Source: Abditibacteriaceae bacterium (GTDB lineage: Bacteria; Armatimonadota; Abditibacteriia; Abditibacteriales; Abditibacteriaceae). Taken from it: 64,000 nt of DNA. The notes below the pieces were generated by a model. It saw nothing but the letters and a program-made list of their open reading frames with translations, made no database searches and was not told the DNA's origin. Numbering within the stretch: position 1 is the stretch's first letter; each line of letters begins with the position of its first letter. The stretch is from positions 1-64,000 of the forward strand of contig JANPJS010000070.1 in assembly GCA_031425655.1 (NCBI GenBank). Reading direction: 5' to 3'. Shown here in pieces: positions 1 to 10,124 of this stretch. A program made the translations under genes and the position numbers.

Positions 1-3000
1 ATGCGCGCTCATCAACGCCCGCCCGCACTCGATAAGCGGCCAAAACAGCGCGGCGTCGTTGGTGAGCGGCACGCGCGGGAAATCTATCTTGAGAAACTCG
101 GCGTAGCGGCTGCGATAACTCGGCGCGTGAAAAACCGCGTAAATGTAGGCCAGCACATCCTCCGGCCCGAAACTGCTTTGTCCATCGCCCGACCCGTCCG
201 CCACCCATTTCAGTTTCAATCGCGTGCCGATTTGCGCCACGAACTCCGGCGCTAAATTCGCCCGCCGCCCGCCTTGCCCCGTGCCTAAAAGCTGCGTGTC
301 CCAGTTAATCGGCGGGTTGTAGAGGTAAAGCGGGAAGAGGTAGTTGACTTCTTTGATCGAAACGGTGTGAAGTTGGATAAGCGAATCGCTCAAGAAAACG
401 TGTTCAAAACCTCGTTCAATTTCTATATTGCGGGTAGACGAAATTCCGAAATTATGGCGTGCGACCATGTTTTTTGAAACTTCATCACGAGGCATACAAA
501 TAAAACCACGAGAATTTCCTGTGTAGTAAGTCCAACGAATATCAAATGGGCGATATAAAATCGGTGCAAGATATTTTTCGTTTGGCCCTGATTTTTTTAC
601 ATCAGCCTGAGCCATTTCAACCTGCCAGTCGCGTGCATCTTTTCCTAAGTCGTATTTTGTTCGCGCAGTTTCAGGAGCTAATTTGGCAAAATCACAAACA
701 ACTTTCCACATCTTTTCTTTACTTTCCTGCACACAAAACGCATCACGCGCGGTAGCCATTCCGAGGCTATTCTTCGGCAAAACTTCGGACACTTTCGGGC
801 CGCATTCATATTCATCGCGGGTGTCGGCGTTTTGCGGGATGAAGAGATAATTCGGCGATTTGGCTTCGACGGGTTGCCAAGCGGCGCTTTCAAACTTCGC
901 GCGGCGCAGCCAAGCATATTTTTCGTCTTGCGTGCCCCACAAGTCGGCGTGAAAGACCTTCTCACGCCTTATAGTAGATAAGGCGTGCGAAGCACGCTCG
1001 GAGCTTGCTCCGGCTGCCGGAGGTTTCAAACCTCCGGGACTATGAGTCGGAGATTTAAAATCTCCGGCATCCGGCTGCGCCAAGCGTCCTGCGGACGCAT
1101 TTTTCACTCCAAAATTCAAACTCACGCCCTGCTGAATCTCGAAGACGTTTTCATCGGTGCGGCCATCGGGCGTCTTTTCTTTTTTCTTGCTGTTGCCGTG
1201 CAAATCAAGCTGCCACAGTTGCCCGAAAGTTTTCATCAGGCTTTGTCTCATGCCGCGAAACGTCGGGTTGTCGAGATAACCGTGATTGGTGATAAAACCC
1301 GCCACGCCAAACGGCGACGAAGACAAGCGATATTGCGCATAGCGCGTGAATTTCACATAGTCGTCGTTCAGCCATTTCGGGTTGCGCTCGCCCAAATCGG
1401 CGCCGTTCACTTTGAAATAACTATCGGCCTCGTCGGCCAGCTTCGAGCGCAGCAAGTTGCGAATCCACGGATTCTCGTTGGCCGAATGCCCGGCATACGG
1501 CGGGTTTCCCAGCACGACGGTAATCACGGTTTCTTTCTTGACGCGCTGCGCTTCCTGCGCTTCGTGCGACAAAAAGCCGGGCAAATCCAGCGACAACTGC
1601 TGCGATTCTTCGAGCGTGTTGGTCAGATAAACGCGCAAGCGTTCTCCCTGTTTGAACTGATAGCCGTATTCGGCCAGCTTGAGGCCGATTTTCAGATGCG
1701 CCACGGTATAAGAGGCCATCATCAATTCAAAGCCGTGCAGTCGCGGCAGCAAACTTTCGGCGACGTATTCGTTCCATTTGGCGCGCAACGCCGCTTCGCT
1801 GCGAATGCCTTCGCGCTTCCATTCGGCGCTCATCGTTTCGTGAACTTTTTCAACGACCGACACCAAAAAGGTGCCGGTTCCCGTCGCCGGATCGAGAATC
1901 GTCACCTTGAAACGATTTTTGTCATCCTTCGATGAATCGGCGAGGCCCAGCGGACAATCGAGTTCGCTTTTCAGCAGATGATCCACGCCGCGCACGATGA
2001 AATCCACGACGGGTTTGGGCGTGTAATAAACGCCGCGCTGCATTCGCGCTTTGGCGTCGTATTCCTTCAAAAAGCCTTCGTAAAAGTGAATGACCGGGTC
2101 TTCGGCGCCGCCGCCCGACTGCCGTCCGAAATCGTTTAATATGTTTTCCATCGGCACGTCGTTGAGAAACTCGACCAAATCCACCACGCCCAAATCGTCG
2201 AAATCCACTTGTTTTTCGTAATCGGCGCCCAGCCGCGCGAACTCGTTGAACAATTCGCGCAAAAACGGATTGGTTTCGGGAATGCGCCCCGCCAAATCGC
2301 TAAGCCGATGTCGTGCAGCTTGTCGCCCGTGGCGCGCCCGGCGAACAAGCCATAAGCCACGGTTTGCGCGATGGTATCGGCAAACGCTTCCGTCGTCAAA
2401 TCGGAAATCAAGGACTTTTGAAACGCCGTGTGCAGCAAATGCAGCTTGCCGCTCGGCTTTTCGAGTTGGTAAAGCGCCAGTGTGAGTTCGCGCGTGCGCC
2501 GCGCAAAATGCGCTAAGGCCACCGAAAGTTCGCGCGCATCTTTGATGGTGCGGCCATGCTCGGCGCTAAAGGCTTCGCTCCAATTGCCGTGTTTTTCCCA
2601 CTTCAGCTTTTCGAGATTGAGGTTTTGCAGCGAGTAAAAATGGGTTTCGCGCGCATCCCAGCCAAAAGTGCGAAGCTGGGCCAAATTGGCGCCCTACACG
2701 GCGCGAAAATGCGCGAAGGTGAGGCCGCGCTGCGCGCTTTCGCCGCCCGCGCAGATAAACAGCAAATCGTTGCGCTGCCAAACAGGTCGCTGCGCCGCAT
2801 TCGCCGATTGGCGTGCTTTGATGGCCAGAGCGCGCAGCACGCGCCGCAAAACCACCACGGGCAAACGCTTGCTTTCGAACTCGACGTAAAACAAACCCCA
2901 CGGCCCGGCTTCTTCCGAAGGCCGCAGTTGACGCACGCGCTTGATTTTTACTTCATGGGCCGCATCCAACCCGACTTCGTCGGCGGCATAATCGAAGGCG

Positions 3001-3101
3001 TGTTCCTCGTAATCGTCTTCAAGGAACGGCCAGTCCAGCTCGTCGCGCAGATATTCGATCAGCGATGCGAAGTCTTTAATGGTTTGGGGATGTTTGGGCA
3101 T
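1..3101 (-). pseudogene. Type IIG/ISP-like restriction-modification enzyme (N6-adenine methyltransferase plus specificity domain), disrupted; runs off the left edge
   Basis: Hand translation of the minus strand gives MPKHPQTIK..., DPVIHFYE, RGVYYTPKPVV, ILDPATGTGTFL (motif I), VVLGNPPY (motif IV), LNDDYVKF, YRPFD and YRSRYAEFLKIDFPRVP. There is an in-frame TAG at 2694-2696 and a frameshift near 2300. The portion from about 2300 to 1 is open and missing from the ORF track because it has no stop in the window. Confidence 0.85.
963..1098. repeat. REP-like palindrome cluster inserted in frame in the methyltransferase gene
   Basis: Contains GCGTGCGAAGCACGC, CGGAGGTTTCAAACCTCCG and CGGAGATTTAAAATCTCCG, the same units that flank the transposase at 3121-3292 and 3814-4011. 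Confidence 0.85.
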
Positions 3102-3120
3102 GATTTTCTTTTCTGCTTTT

Positions 3121-3292
3121 TCGGAGGTTTGAAACCTCCGGCAGCCGGAGCATAGCTCCCAGTTCTCGGAGGTTTGAAACCTCCGGCAGCCGGAGCATAG
3201 CTCCCAGCGTGCTTCGCACGCCCTCAATTATTCCTTTTGTGTGCAAAGCACACTTGGCACAGCCGCATGCCGGAGGTTTCAAACCTCCGACG
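3121..3292. repeat. REP-like palindrome cluster (3 core copies)
   Basis: CGGAGGTTT(G/C)AAACCTCCG hairpin x3, with conserved flanks GCAGCCGGAGCATAGCTCCCAG and GTGCAAAGCACAC. Confidence 0.9.
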
Positions 3293-3297
3293 ACCTT

Positions 3298-3798
3298 TCA
3301 TTCCGGCCACCAGATTTCAGGGGGCACAGGCAAAAGCGGGGCAGATTCGTCGGGAATTGTAAAATCGAGGCTCTCCACACTGTCCCATAGCGTTGCGTTG
3401 AGGTGATGTTCTTTCTGAAAGCGAATATAGCGGGAAACTTTCGACACATCACCCCGGCTGACACTAAATGCTGCATAGTTATCTTGCCAACCCGCCGCGC
3501 CGCCCACGACATGATCGCGGGCAAAGGCCGACGAAGTGCCTTTAGCACGCTTCATTAGCTCCGCCAGCGTGGTCTGCGAATTCATACACACTAACAGATG
3601 CACATGATCGGGCATTCCGCCGATGGCCCAAACCCGACAGCCGCAATGCGCAACCTGCTGCGCAATGCAGCGATAAACCGGCGTTTCCTCTTCAACTGTC
3701 AACCACGGAGTGCGCCGGTAAGTTGCCCAAACAAAATGAACGAACACATCCAAGCGCGAACGGCTGCGGCGCGCTTCGGGAATCAAAAGATCAGGCAT
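3298..3798 (-). mobile_element. tnpA: IS200/IS605-family HUH (Y1) transposase, REP-associated (RAYT-like)
   Basis: HFVWAT, GGMPDHVHLL (HUH), WQDNYAAFSVS and YIRFQKEHH motifs; REP clusters on both sides. Confidence 0.88.
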
Positions 3799-3813
3799 AT
3801 TATTTTGCTTTCA

Positions 3814-4011
3814 TCGGAGGTTTCAAACCTCCGGCAATCGGAGCATAGCTCCCAGCGTGCTTCGCACGCCCTCGATTATTCCTCTTGTGTGCAAAGCACA
3901 CTCGGCACAGCCGGATGCCGGAGGTTTCAAACCTCCGACGCCCTCAATTATTCATTTTGTGTGCAAAGCACACTTGGCACAGCCGGATGCCGGAGATTTT
4001 AAATCTCCGAC
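3814..4011. repeat. REP-like palindrome cluster (3 core copies)
   Basis: Same hairpin units as 3121-3292; the last copy overlaps the stop codon of the YhcG-like gene. Confidence 0.9.
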
Positions 4012-5024
4012 AAACGCAGTTCGGCGACTAATTCGGCTTCGCTGGGAAAGTGAAGCAAATAGCGGGAAGCGAAGATTTGCTCTTGCCCTTCGGCTAAGGT
4101 GTAACGCACAACGGCGTCGTTTTTGTCGGCGCAAAGCAGCAGGCCAATGGCCGGGTTTTCCCACTCTTCGCGCTGCTCGCGCGTGAAGTAATTGACGTAA
4201 AGCTGCATCTGCCCCAAATCCTGATGGCTGAGCTTGCCCAGTTTGAGGTCAATCAACACAAAACAGCGCAATAAACGATTGTAGAACACGAGGTCAATAT
4301 AAAAATGATCTCCGTCAATGGTGAGCCTTTGCTGCCGTGCCACGAATGAAAAACCGCGCCCCAGTTCCAGCAAAAACTCCTGCAAATGTTCGAGCAGCGC
4401 GCCTTCAAGCTGCGATTCGCTCAGCTCCGGCGCGTCTTTCAATCCGAGGAACTCCAAAACGTAAGGGTCTTTGACGAAGTCGGCGGGAGCATAAGTTTCG
4501 GCGCCTTCGCGCATCGTGTTCAGCGCGGAGCGCTTGTCGCGCGACATCAAGGCGCGTTGGTAAACCAGCGAGTTAATCTGGCGCTCCAGTTCGCGCGTTG
4601 ACCAGTTTTGCTCGGCGGCTTCGCTTTCGTAAAACGCCCGCGCCTCCGCCTTTTCCACTTTGAGCAGCAGGCGATAATGCGTCCAACTCAATTCTGCACG
4701 CACTGCGTGCAGAATTGGGAATTTCTCATGAAACTCGCGCATCCAATACAAATTGCGGACGCTAAAGCCCTTCAGCTTGTCGGCTTTCAGCCGCGCCGCC
4801 AGCGATTCAATCAGCCGCGCTCCATAATCGGCGCGCTCCTGCCCGCGCTGCTCTTGTTGCACGATGGCTTGGCCGATGAGCCAGTAAGCGCGCACCATTT
4901 CGGTGTTGACCGAGCGCGCAACGCGACTGCGCCCTTCGTCCAAAATGGCGCGCACCCGTTCGTAAAGCGGAGCCGCTTCAACGGCTTCCAAAAATTGCGG
5001 GTGTTCTAATCGTTTTTCGCTCAT
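3999..5024 (-). CDS. YhcG/DUF1016 family PD-(D/E)XK nuclease
   Basis: YWLIGQAIV, LSWTHYRLL, WSTRELERQI, KDPYVLEFLGL, FLLELGRGFSFVARQ, IDLVFYNRLLRCFVLIDLK and GQMQLYVNY motifs. Confidence 0.92.
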   Translation of the reverse strand: MSEKRLEHPQFLEAVEAAPLYERVRAILDEGRSRVARSVNTEMVRAYWLIGQAIVQQEQRGQERADYGARLIESLAARLKADKLKGFSVRNLYWMREFHEKFPILHAVRAELSWTHYRLLLKVEKAEARAFYESEAAEQNWSTRELERQINSLVYQRALMSRDKRSALNTMREGAETYAPADFVKDPYVLEFLGLKDAPELSESQLEGALLEHLQEFLLELGRGFSFVARQQRLTIDGDHFYIDLVFYNRLLRCFVLIDLKLGKLSHQDLGQMQLYVNYFTREQREEWENPAIGLLLCADKNDAVVRYTLAEGQEQIFASRYLLHFPSEAELVAELRLSEI

Positions 5025-5027
5025 GAT

Positions 5028-8000
5028 TTAGAAATCCTCCATCCAACAGCGCAGCAGTGGTTTCACTCCGGCAGGCGGCTGCAAACTTCGCATCAACCCG
5101 TCGCGCAATTGCTTTTCGACCGCCCGGCGCACATCGCCCAGCGTTTCTTTTTCGCCCGAACTGCGGCGCGGCGTGCCGGGCGCGCAGCGAATAAATTCGG
5201 CGATTTGCGCCGGAGCATCGAGTGTTTTCTTCGATTCCAAATCGTAAAGCAGCCACAAAACCGGCCCGCCGTCGTGCGTCCATTGTTCGCCTTCGGGCCT
5301 CGTTTCGTCTTTATTCGGCAAAACGTAGCAGAAAAACACGGCTCGCGCCCCCGGCTGAGGATGCGCTTTGCAGGAAAACACGCGTCCGGGAAGCGCATCG
5401 AGCTTGGCGGGCAGTGCTTCATCTTCGGCAGCCAACTTTTGCCATTCGAGCGAAAGCGCTTCCAGCGGCGATTTTGCCGGTTCGAGAAGCTGCGTAAAAT
5501 CGCGCAAATCGTCGTAATCGTCATCGGGCGTGAGCAGCTTTTTGCCCTCGATGCCCAGCGTTTTGGAAATTCGCAGCGTTTTCTGCGTGACGCGCTTGTA
5601 AAGCTTAAGCAACTCGTCGAGTTCTTCGGGCGGCAGGAAATTCCAATACGCAACCCGATTATTATCGCCGCGCTCGGCAAATAAACGCGGGTTATCGTTC
5701 ACGATTTGCGCTTCGATGTCGGGGTTCATGCGCCGGTCAACGCGGCCTATGCGCTGCATCAGGCGCACCGGATTCCAGTGCAAATCGTAATTTATCAGGC
5801 GCGTGGCGTCTTGCAGGTTGAGGCCTTCGCTTAACACGTCGGTTGAGATTAGAATCTGCGTTTCTTTCCAGCCGCGCTTTTTCAGTTCGGGCGCCGACAG
5901 CCCGTTGTAATACGGCGCGAAACGCCCGATGATTTCGTTGCGCGTGTTCTTGGAGCCGGAGTCAATTTCGTCCACGCCCTCAAAGCCTGCCTCGTTGAGC
6001 TGGTTTTGCAAATACTTCGCGGTGTCCGAAAACTGCGTAAAAATCAGGACTTTTCGCTCTTTCAATTCTTTTTTCAGCAGTTCTTTCAAGCAGCGCAACT
6101 TGTCGTCGTTGGCCGGCTTGAATTTGCGAAGCTCATTGAGAAATTCGGCGATCTGGTTGAGGTCATTGAAGCAATCTTCGATGATTTCATCCACTTTATA
6201 AGCCTTGCGGTCGAGCCTTTCGGCGCTGTTTTCGCTTTCCGGCTCGGCGTCTTCCTCACTTACGGCGCTTTCGCGTTCGCGTTCAGCGTTTTCGCGCTGC
6301 GTTTTCAAACGCTCTTCGTTCTGGCGCCGCGCGCCGGGCAAAATCGTGTCGAGATAATCCAGACTGGCGCCGTTATCGCGCTTCCAGCGGTCGAGGCGCT
6401 TGGTTTCGGCGCCGGGTTCGGCGTAGTCTTCGACCCAGTTCAGCAGCTTGACCATCAGTCGCGCGCAGGAGCTTTCAAAAGCGCACGTCGAGGATTCAAA
6501 GCGTTTGAGAAAGTTAGTGCGAATCAGCCCGACAACTTGTTGCTGCTGGTTTTCGACGCGCTTATCCTGCGCCAAAAGCCGCGCTTTTTCTGCGTCCCTG
6601 GCATAAGCGAGGGGATAATAAATCGCCAAAGCAAAGAGCGGATTCTTGCCGTTAAAAGCATCTTCGACTAATTTCAGCAGCTTGCCGTAGGTCTTTTTTA
6701 CCGAATAAGCGGCCACTTTAGGCGCTTCGCGGTCGGGGAAAAGTTTGAGATGATCGCCGTCTTTGCCTTGCGCCAAGGCTTCCTGAAGCTGGCTTTCGCG
6801 GGCATAAGTGCGCGAACGCTGCACCACGAGCGCCTCGAAAATTTTAGCGCCCTGTAGCACAGCTTCGGCTTCGATTTCGTTGGTATCGAGCGCCAAAGCC
6901 TGTTGCTGCGAAACCGGAAGACCGCGCACTTCGCCTTCAAGCTTTTTTTCCAGATCGCCAAAATAAGTCGGCAGCGAATGAATGCCGAGCTTGGGAACGA
7001 AATAATTGGGATCGTTGCGCGTAAACAGTTCGATCATGTGCTGAAAATCGCGCAGTGAGTTGTTGACCGGCGTGGCCGTGAGCAGAAACATTTTTTTGCC
7101 GGCACAAAGCCGCGCCAGCTTGCGATAACGCGATTCGCGCGATTTTTCGGCGCCGGGATTGCGAAAATGGTGCGCCTCGTCAATGACAATCGCATCCGCC
7201 TGCGTCGCCACTTCTTCCCAGAACTCTTCCCAGGTTCCGCCGCCTTCGCGCGGCCCGCTGCGGCCCAAATCGGTGTGCGAACACAAGCGCAGGCCGCCCC
7301 ACGCTCCAAACGCGCCGGGCAGATATTTTTGCAGAGTAGCTTCCCAGACCGGCTCTTTGGCGGCTTTGGGCGAAAACAAAACCACCTTTTTGCGGTCGTG
7401 CAAAAGCCTTTCAATCACCATCATGCCAACGAAAGTTTTGCCCAAACCCACGCCATCGCATAAAAACGCGCCGCCGAACTTATCGGCAATTTGCATGAGC
7501 GAAGCGTAGCCGTCCTGCTGATATTTGGCGAGAAGAGGCCAGATTTTCGATTGCGTTTTCTCCCATTCTTCAACATCCGGCACATGATTGCGCATCAGTT
7601 CGCGCAGGGCGCGGGCGTAAATCTCGAAGGGCGCATACTCCGTCGTGTGGCGCTGAATGGTTTTCAGAATATCTTGCGACACGTCTTCTGCGTCGTCCCA
7701 GTGGCGCTCATACCATTCCTGCAACTGATCCACTTCTCGGCGCAACTGCACGTTCAGTTCAATGTTGTCCGACAGTCCGGGAAACGTGAAATTGGAGGAG
7801 CCAACCAACGCCGCCGAGCCGACCACGCGCGAACGGGCATGAGTGATATAGGCTTTGGCGTGAAACTTTTGTTTGGCGTAAACGCGACACTCGATTTTGC
7901 CGCTTTGCATCGCTTCCACGATGGCGGGCACGCCGGACAGAAAATCGTTTTTTTCTTTTTCTTTTTCCAGCGAAGCGTCTAAAACCGCCGTGGCGCGCTG

Positions 8001-8252
8001 TGTGAGGCTTTCCAACAGGGCTTTTTTCGTGCGCTGCGTAACTTCATCGCCCATCAAGATGCGAATTTTATCGAGCTTTTGCCATTGCCCTTCCAGCGCC
8101 AGCAGAGCGCCGATTTCAAAGTAGCCCGTCGCGATGTCCATCGCCCGCGCCAATTCCGTCCACTCCCGCAGATAATCGCGCATTTTCCAGTCGGAATCGG
8201 AGTTGTCAACAATAAAAAGTTCGTCGCCAGTGCGTGTGTCGTTTTGTGCCAT
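5028..8252 (-). CDS. PLD-nuclease domain plus SNF2-like SF2 helicase
   Basis: N-terminal FHAKAY...GSSNFT (PLD/HKD-like), Walker A DGVGLGKT, DEAHHFRN, LTATPVNN, SEGLNLQ and QRIGRVDR motifs. Confidence 0.9.
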   Translation of the reverse strand: MAQNDTRTGDELFIVDNSDSDWKMRDYLREWTELARAMDIATGYFEIGALLALEGQWQKLDKIRILMGDEVTQRTKKALLESLTQRATAVLDASLEKEKEKNDFLSGVPAIVEAMQSGKIECRVYAKQKFHAKAYITHARSRVVGSAALVGSSNFTFPGLSDNIELNVQLRREVDQLQEWYERHWDDAEDVSQDILKTIQRHTTEYAPFEIYARALRELMRNHVPDVEEWEKTQSKIWPLLAKYQQDGYASLMQIADKFGGAFLCDGVGLGKTFVGMMVIERLLHDRKKVVLFSPKAAKEPVWEATLQKYLPGAFGAWGGLRLCSHTDLGRSGPREGGGTWEEFWEEVATQADAIVIDEAHHFRNPGAEKSRESRYRKLARLCAGKKMFLLTATPVNNSLRDFQHMIELFTRNDPNYFVPKLGIHSLPTYFGDLEKKLEGEVRGLPVSQQQALALDTNEIEAEAVLQGAKIFEALVVQRSRTYARESQLQEALAQGKDGDHLKLFPDREAPKVAAYSVKKTYGKLLKLVEDAFNGKNPLFALAIYYPLAYARDAEKARLLAQDKRVENQQQQVVGLIRTNFLKRFESSTCAFESSCARLMVKLLNWVEDYAEPGAETKRLDRWKRDNGASLDYLDTILPGARRQNEERLKTQRENAERERESAVSEEDAEPESENSAERLDRKAYKVDEIIEDCFNDLNQIAEFLNELRKFKPANDDKLRCLKELLKKELKERKVLIFTQFSDTAKYLQNQLNEAGFEGVDEIDSGSKNTRNEIIGRFAPYYNGLSAPELKKRGWKETQILISTDVLSEGLNLQDATRLINYDLHWNPVRLMQRIGRVDRRMNPDIEAQIVNDNPRLFAERGDNNRVAYWNFLPPEELDELLKLYKRVTQKTLRISKTLGIEGKKLLTPDDDYDDLRDFTQLLEPAKSPLEALSLEWQKLAAEDEALPAKLDALPGRVFSCKAHPQPGARAVFFCYVLPNKDETRPEGEQWTHDGGPVLWLLYDLESKKTLDAPAQIAEFIRCAPGTPRRSSGEKETLGDVRRAVEKQLRDGLMRSLQPPAGVKPLLRCWMEDF

Positions 8253-8391
8253 AAAAGAAACCTGTTCAGATTGGCCAAGTATAAATCATCATGCGAAAGG
8301 CCCCGCCAAAACTGGCAGGGCCTTCGAAGTGACTTTCAATCGCCGCGAACCAAAAAACCGCGAGACGGTGACGATAATCGCACAAAGCAAG

Positions 8392-9765
8392 TTAAGTCGC
8401 GATTTGTCCGGCTTTGGCGCGTTTGCGCAACCTGCCGTTTGGGCGCACGCCGTTCGGGCGATTCGCCTTATTTTTGCGCCCTCTGAGGCCCAATGGCGCG
8501 GCGGGCGGCGGCGCGTTTTTGCCGACTAAATTATCCAGCACAGTTTGCAACTCACGACGCGCGGCAACGGCTTCGGCATGAGTTGAATCTTTGGCGACGA
8601 GCGTTTCTTTGAACGGTGCATCTTTCATGTCGAAAAGCTCACCGGCGTTGTTCAGTTTCCAGTTGGGCGTGCGCACGTAGCGCCAGCCGGCCAACTCGAC
8701 GTAAACCCATTCGCGCGGCGTGCCGATTTGCCCTTTGATTTGCGGCGCAAGGCTGTGCCCGTCCAATTTGACGCCGGCAGGCAGCGTGGCGCCGGCCAAA
8801 GCAGCGAAAGTCGGCAAGTAATCGCTAAAATCGGTCAAGTCACGGCAAACTTTGTCCGCCGGCGTGGTGCCGGGCCAATTGACGATCATCGGCACGCGGC
8901 TGCCGCCTTCCAGCATCGTGTGCTTCATGCCGGAAATCGGCTTGCCGTTTACCGTCGCACGCGCCGCGTGGCCTTGCGCGGTGCCGTTATCGCCCACGAA
9001 AACCACCAGCGTGTTGTCGCGCAGGCCCAAGCGGTCGAGTTCAGCCGTCAGCTTGCCGACTAACTTGTCCATGTAAGCGATATTATCCGCATAATGATCG
9101 CTGTTCGGCGTGCTGTCGGGCGTGCGTAAAATCGGCCCGTGGATGTGCGACATCGCGTAATGCACATAAAACGGCTGCGCTTTGTGGCGCGCCATGAAAT
9201 CCGCCAAAAAATCGTGCATCATATCCGGGACGTAGCGATTTTCGGGAATCGCTTTCTCTTCGCCGTTGAGAATGTAATTTTTCGCCTTGCCCTGACTGGC
9301 CCAGTAAGCGCCGCTGCCTTGAAAGCGAAAATACTCATCGAAGCCCCAATCGCCCGGCTGAAGCGGCAACTGCGCCCATTTGCCGATCTGCGCCGTGACG
9401 TAACCCGCCGTTTTCAGCACGCGCGGAATCATAATTTCGTTCGCCGGTTGCAGCGCCGCACCCGTGTTGTTGTTCGTCATGCCGGTGCGAAAAGGATAGC
9501 GCCCGGTCATTATTTGGGCGCGCGACGGCCCGCACAGCGGCGTCGAAAAGGCGTTCTGAAACAGCGTGCCGCCCTTCGCCAGCGCGTCGAGGTTCGGCGT
9601 CGGATATTGGCCGCCAGTGCAATGCACGTTGCCCAGTCCAACGTCGTCGCAAAGAATGAAAATGATGTTCGGCTTGCGACCGGCATCGGCGCTTTTGGCC
9701 CAGCGCGGAACGGCGAGGGCAGCGGCGGCCAAGCTGCTGGTTTGTAGAAAATGGCGGCGATTCAT
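8392..9765 (-). CDS. Arylsulfatase A-like sulfatase, Tat-exported
   Basis: MNRRHFL Tat signal; KPNIIFILCDD; CGPSRAQIMTGRY (CxPxR); GDNG. Confidence 0.92.
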   Translation of the reverse strand: MNRRHFLQTSSLAAAALAVPRWAKSADAGRKPNIIFILCDDVGLGNVHCTGGQYPTPNLDALAKGGTLFQNAFSTPLCGPSRAQIMTGRYPFRTGMTNNNTGAALQPANEIMIPRVLKTAGYVTAQIGKWAQLPLQPGDWGFDEYFRFQGSGAYWASQGKAKNYILNGEEKAIPENRYVPDMMHDFLADFMARHKAQPFYVHYAMSHIHGPILRTPDSTPNSDHYADNIAYMDKLVGKLTAELDRLGLRDNTLVVFVGDNGTAQGHAARATVNGKPISGMKHTMLEGGSRVPMIVNWPGTTPADKVCRDLTDFSDYLPTFAALAGATLPAGVKLDGHSLAPQIKGQIGTPREWVYVELAGWRYVRTPNWKLNNAGELFDMKDAPFKETLVAKDSTHAEAVAARRELQTVLDNLVGKNAPPPAAPLGLRGRKNKANRPNGVRPNGRLRKRAKAGQIAT

Positions 9766-9810
9766 AACGAAATTCTCCTTGCGTCGAGTGATGCAATGGA
9801 CACGCAGGGC

Positions 9811-9839
9811 TTGCCTTCGTTGCCCCGCGAACCTATAAT
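9811..9839 (+). promoter_or_regulatory. Sigma70-type promoter for the cimA leader
   Basis: TTGCCT-17 nt-TATAAT. Confidence 0.65.
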
Positions 9840-9847
9840 CTCTTGCG

Positions 9848-9922
9848 ATGCGACGCGCGAATTACCAAATTATACGAATTACGTTTCCGGCAGTTTGCCC
9901 GGTGATGGTTTTTCGCGTCTGA
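9848..9922 (+). CDS. Candidate Ile/Val-rich leader peptide (MRRANYQIIRITFPAVCPVMVFRV)
   Basis: ATG lies 8 nt after the -10 box (apparently leaderless); 3 Ile codons (ATT ATA ... ATT) and 4 Val codons; followed by a terminator and then cimA. Confidence 0.55.
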   Translation: MRRANYQIIRITFPAVCPVMVFRV

Positions 9923-9948
9923 GTGTTCGCCGCTGAATTATCTATCCC

Positions 9949-9985
9949 GCGCCCGCTGCCATTTTCGTTTGGCAGCGGGCGTTTT
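9949..9985 (+). terminator. Intrinsic terminator (putative attenuator) upstream of cimA
   Basis: CGCCCGCTGCCA-loop-TGGCAGCGGGCG followed by TTTT. Confidence 0.7.
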
Positions 9986-10000
9986 GTGTTTGAGTTCAAA

Positions 10001-10124
10001 AATAGGACGCGGAGCTTCGCTACGCGGATTTCATGCGCGGATTTTCGCGGATTTTCGCTGTTTTTTTTCTGTAAAACCGCGAAAATCAAAGCCGTTTCCG
10101 CGTAGCGAAGCTCCGCGTCCTATT
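10001..10124. repeat. 28-bp inverted-repeat element in the cimA 5' region
   Basis: AATAGGACGCGGAGCTTCGCTACGCGGA (10001-10028) and its reverse complement (10097-10124). Confidence 0.85.

Noticed and set aside
985..1935. 316-aa plus-strand ORF
   Set aside because: Antisense shadow of the methyltransferase, whose conserved motifs are on the minus strand.
2694..2696. TAG recoding (pyrrolysine or alternative code)
   Set aside because: Other genes here end in TAG normally and the same gene also has a frameshift; mutation or sequencing error is simpler.
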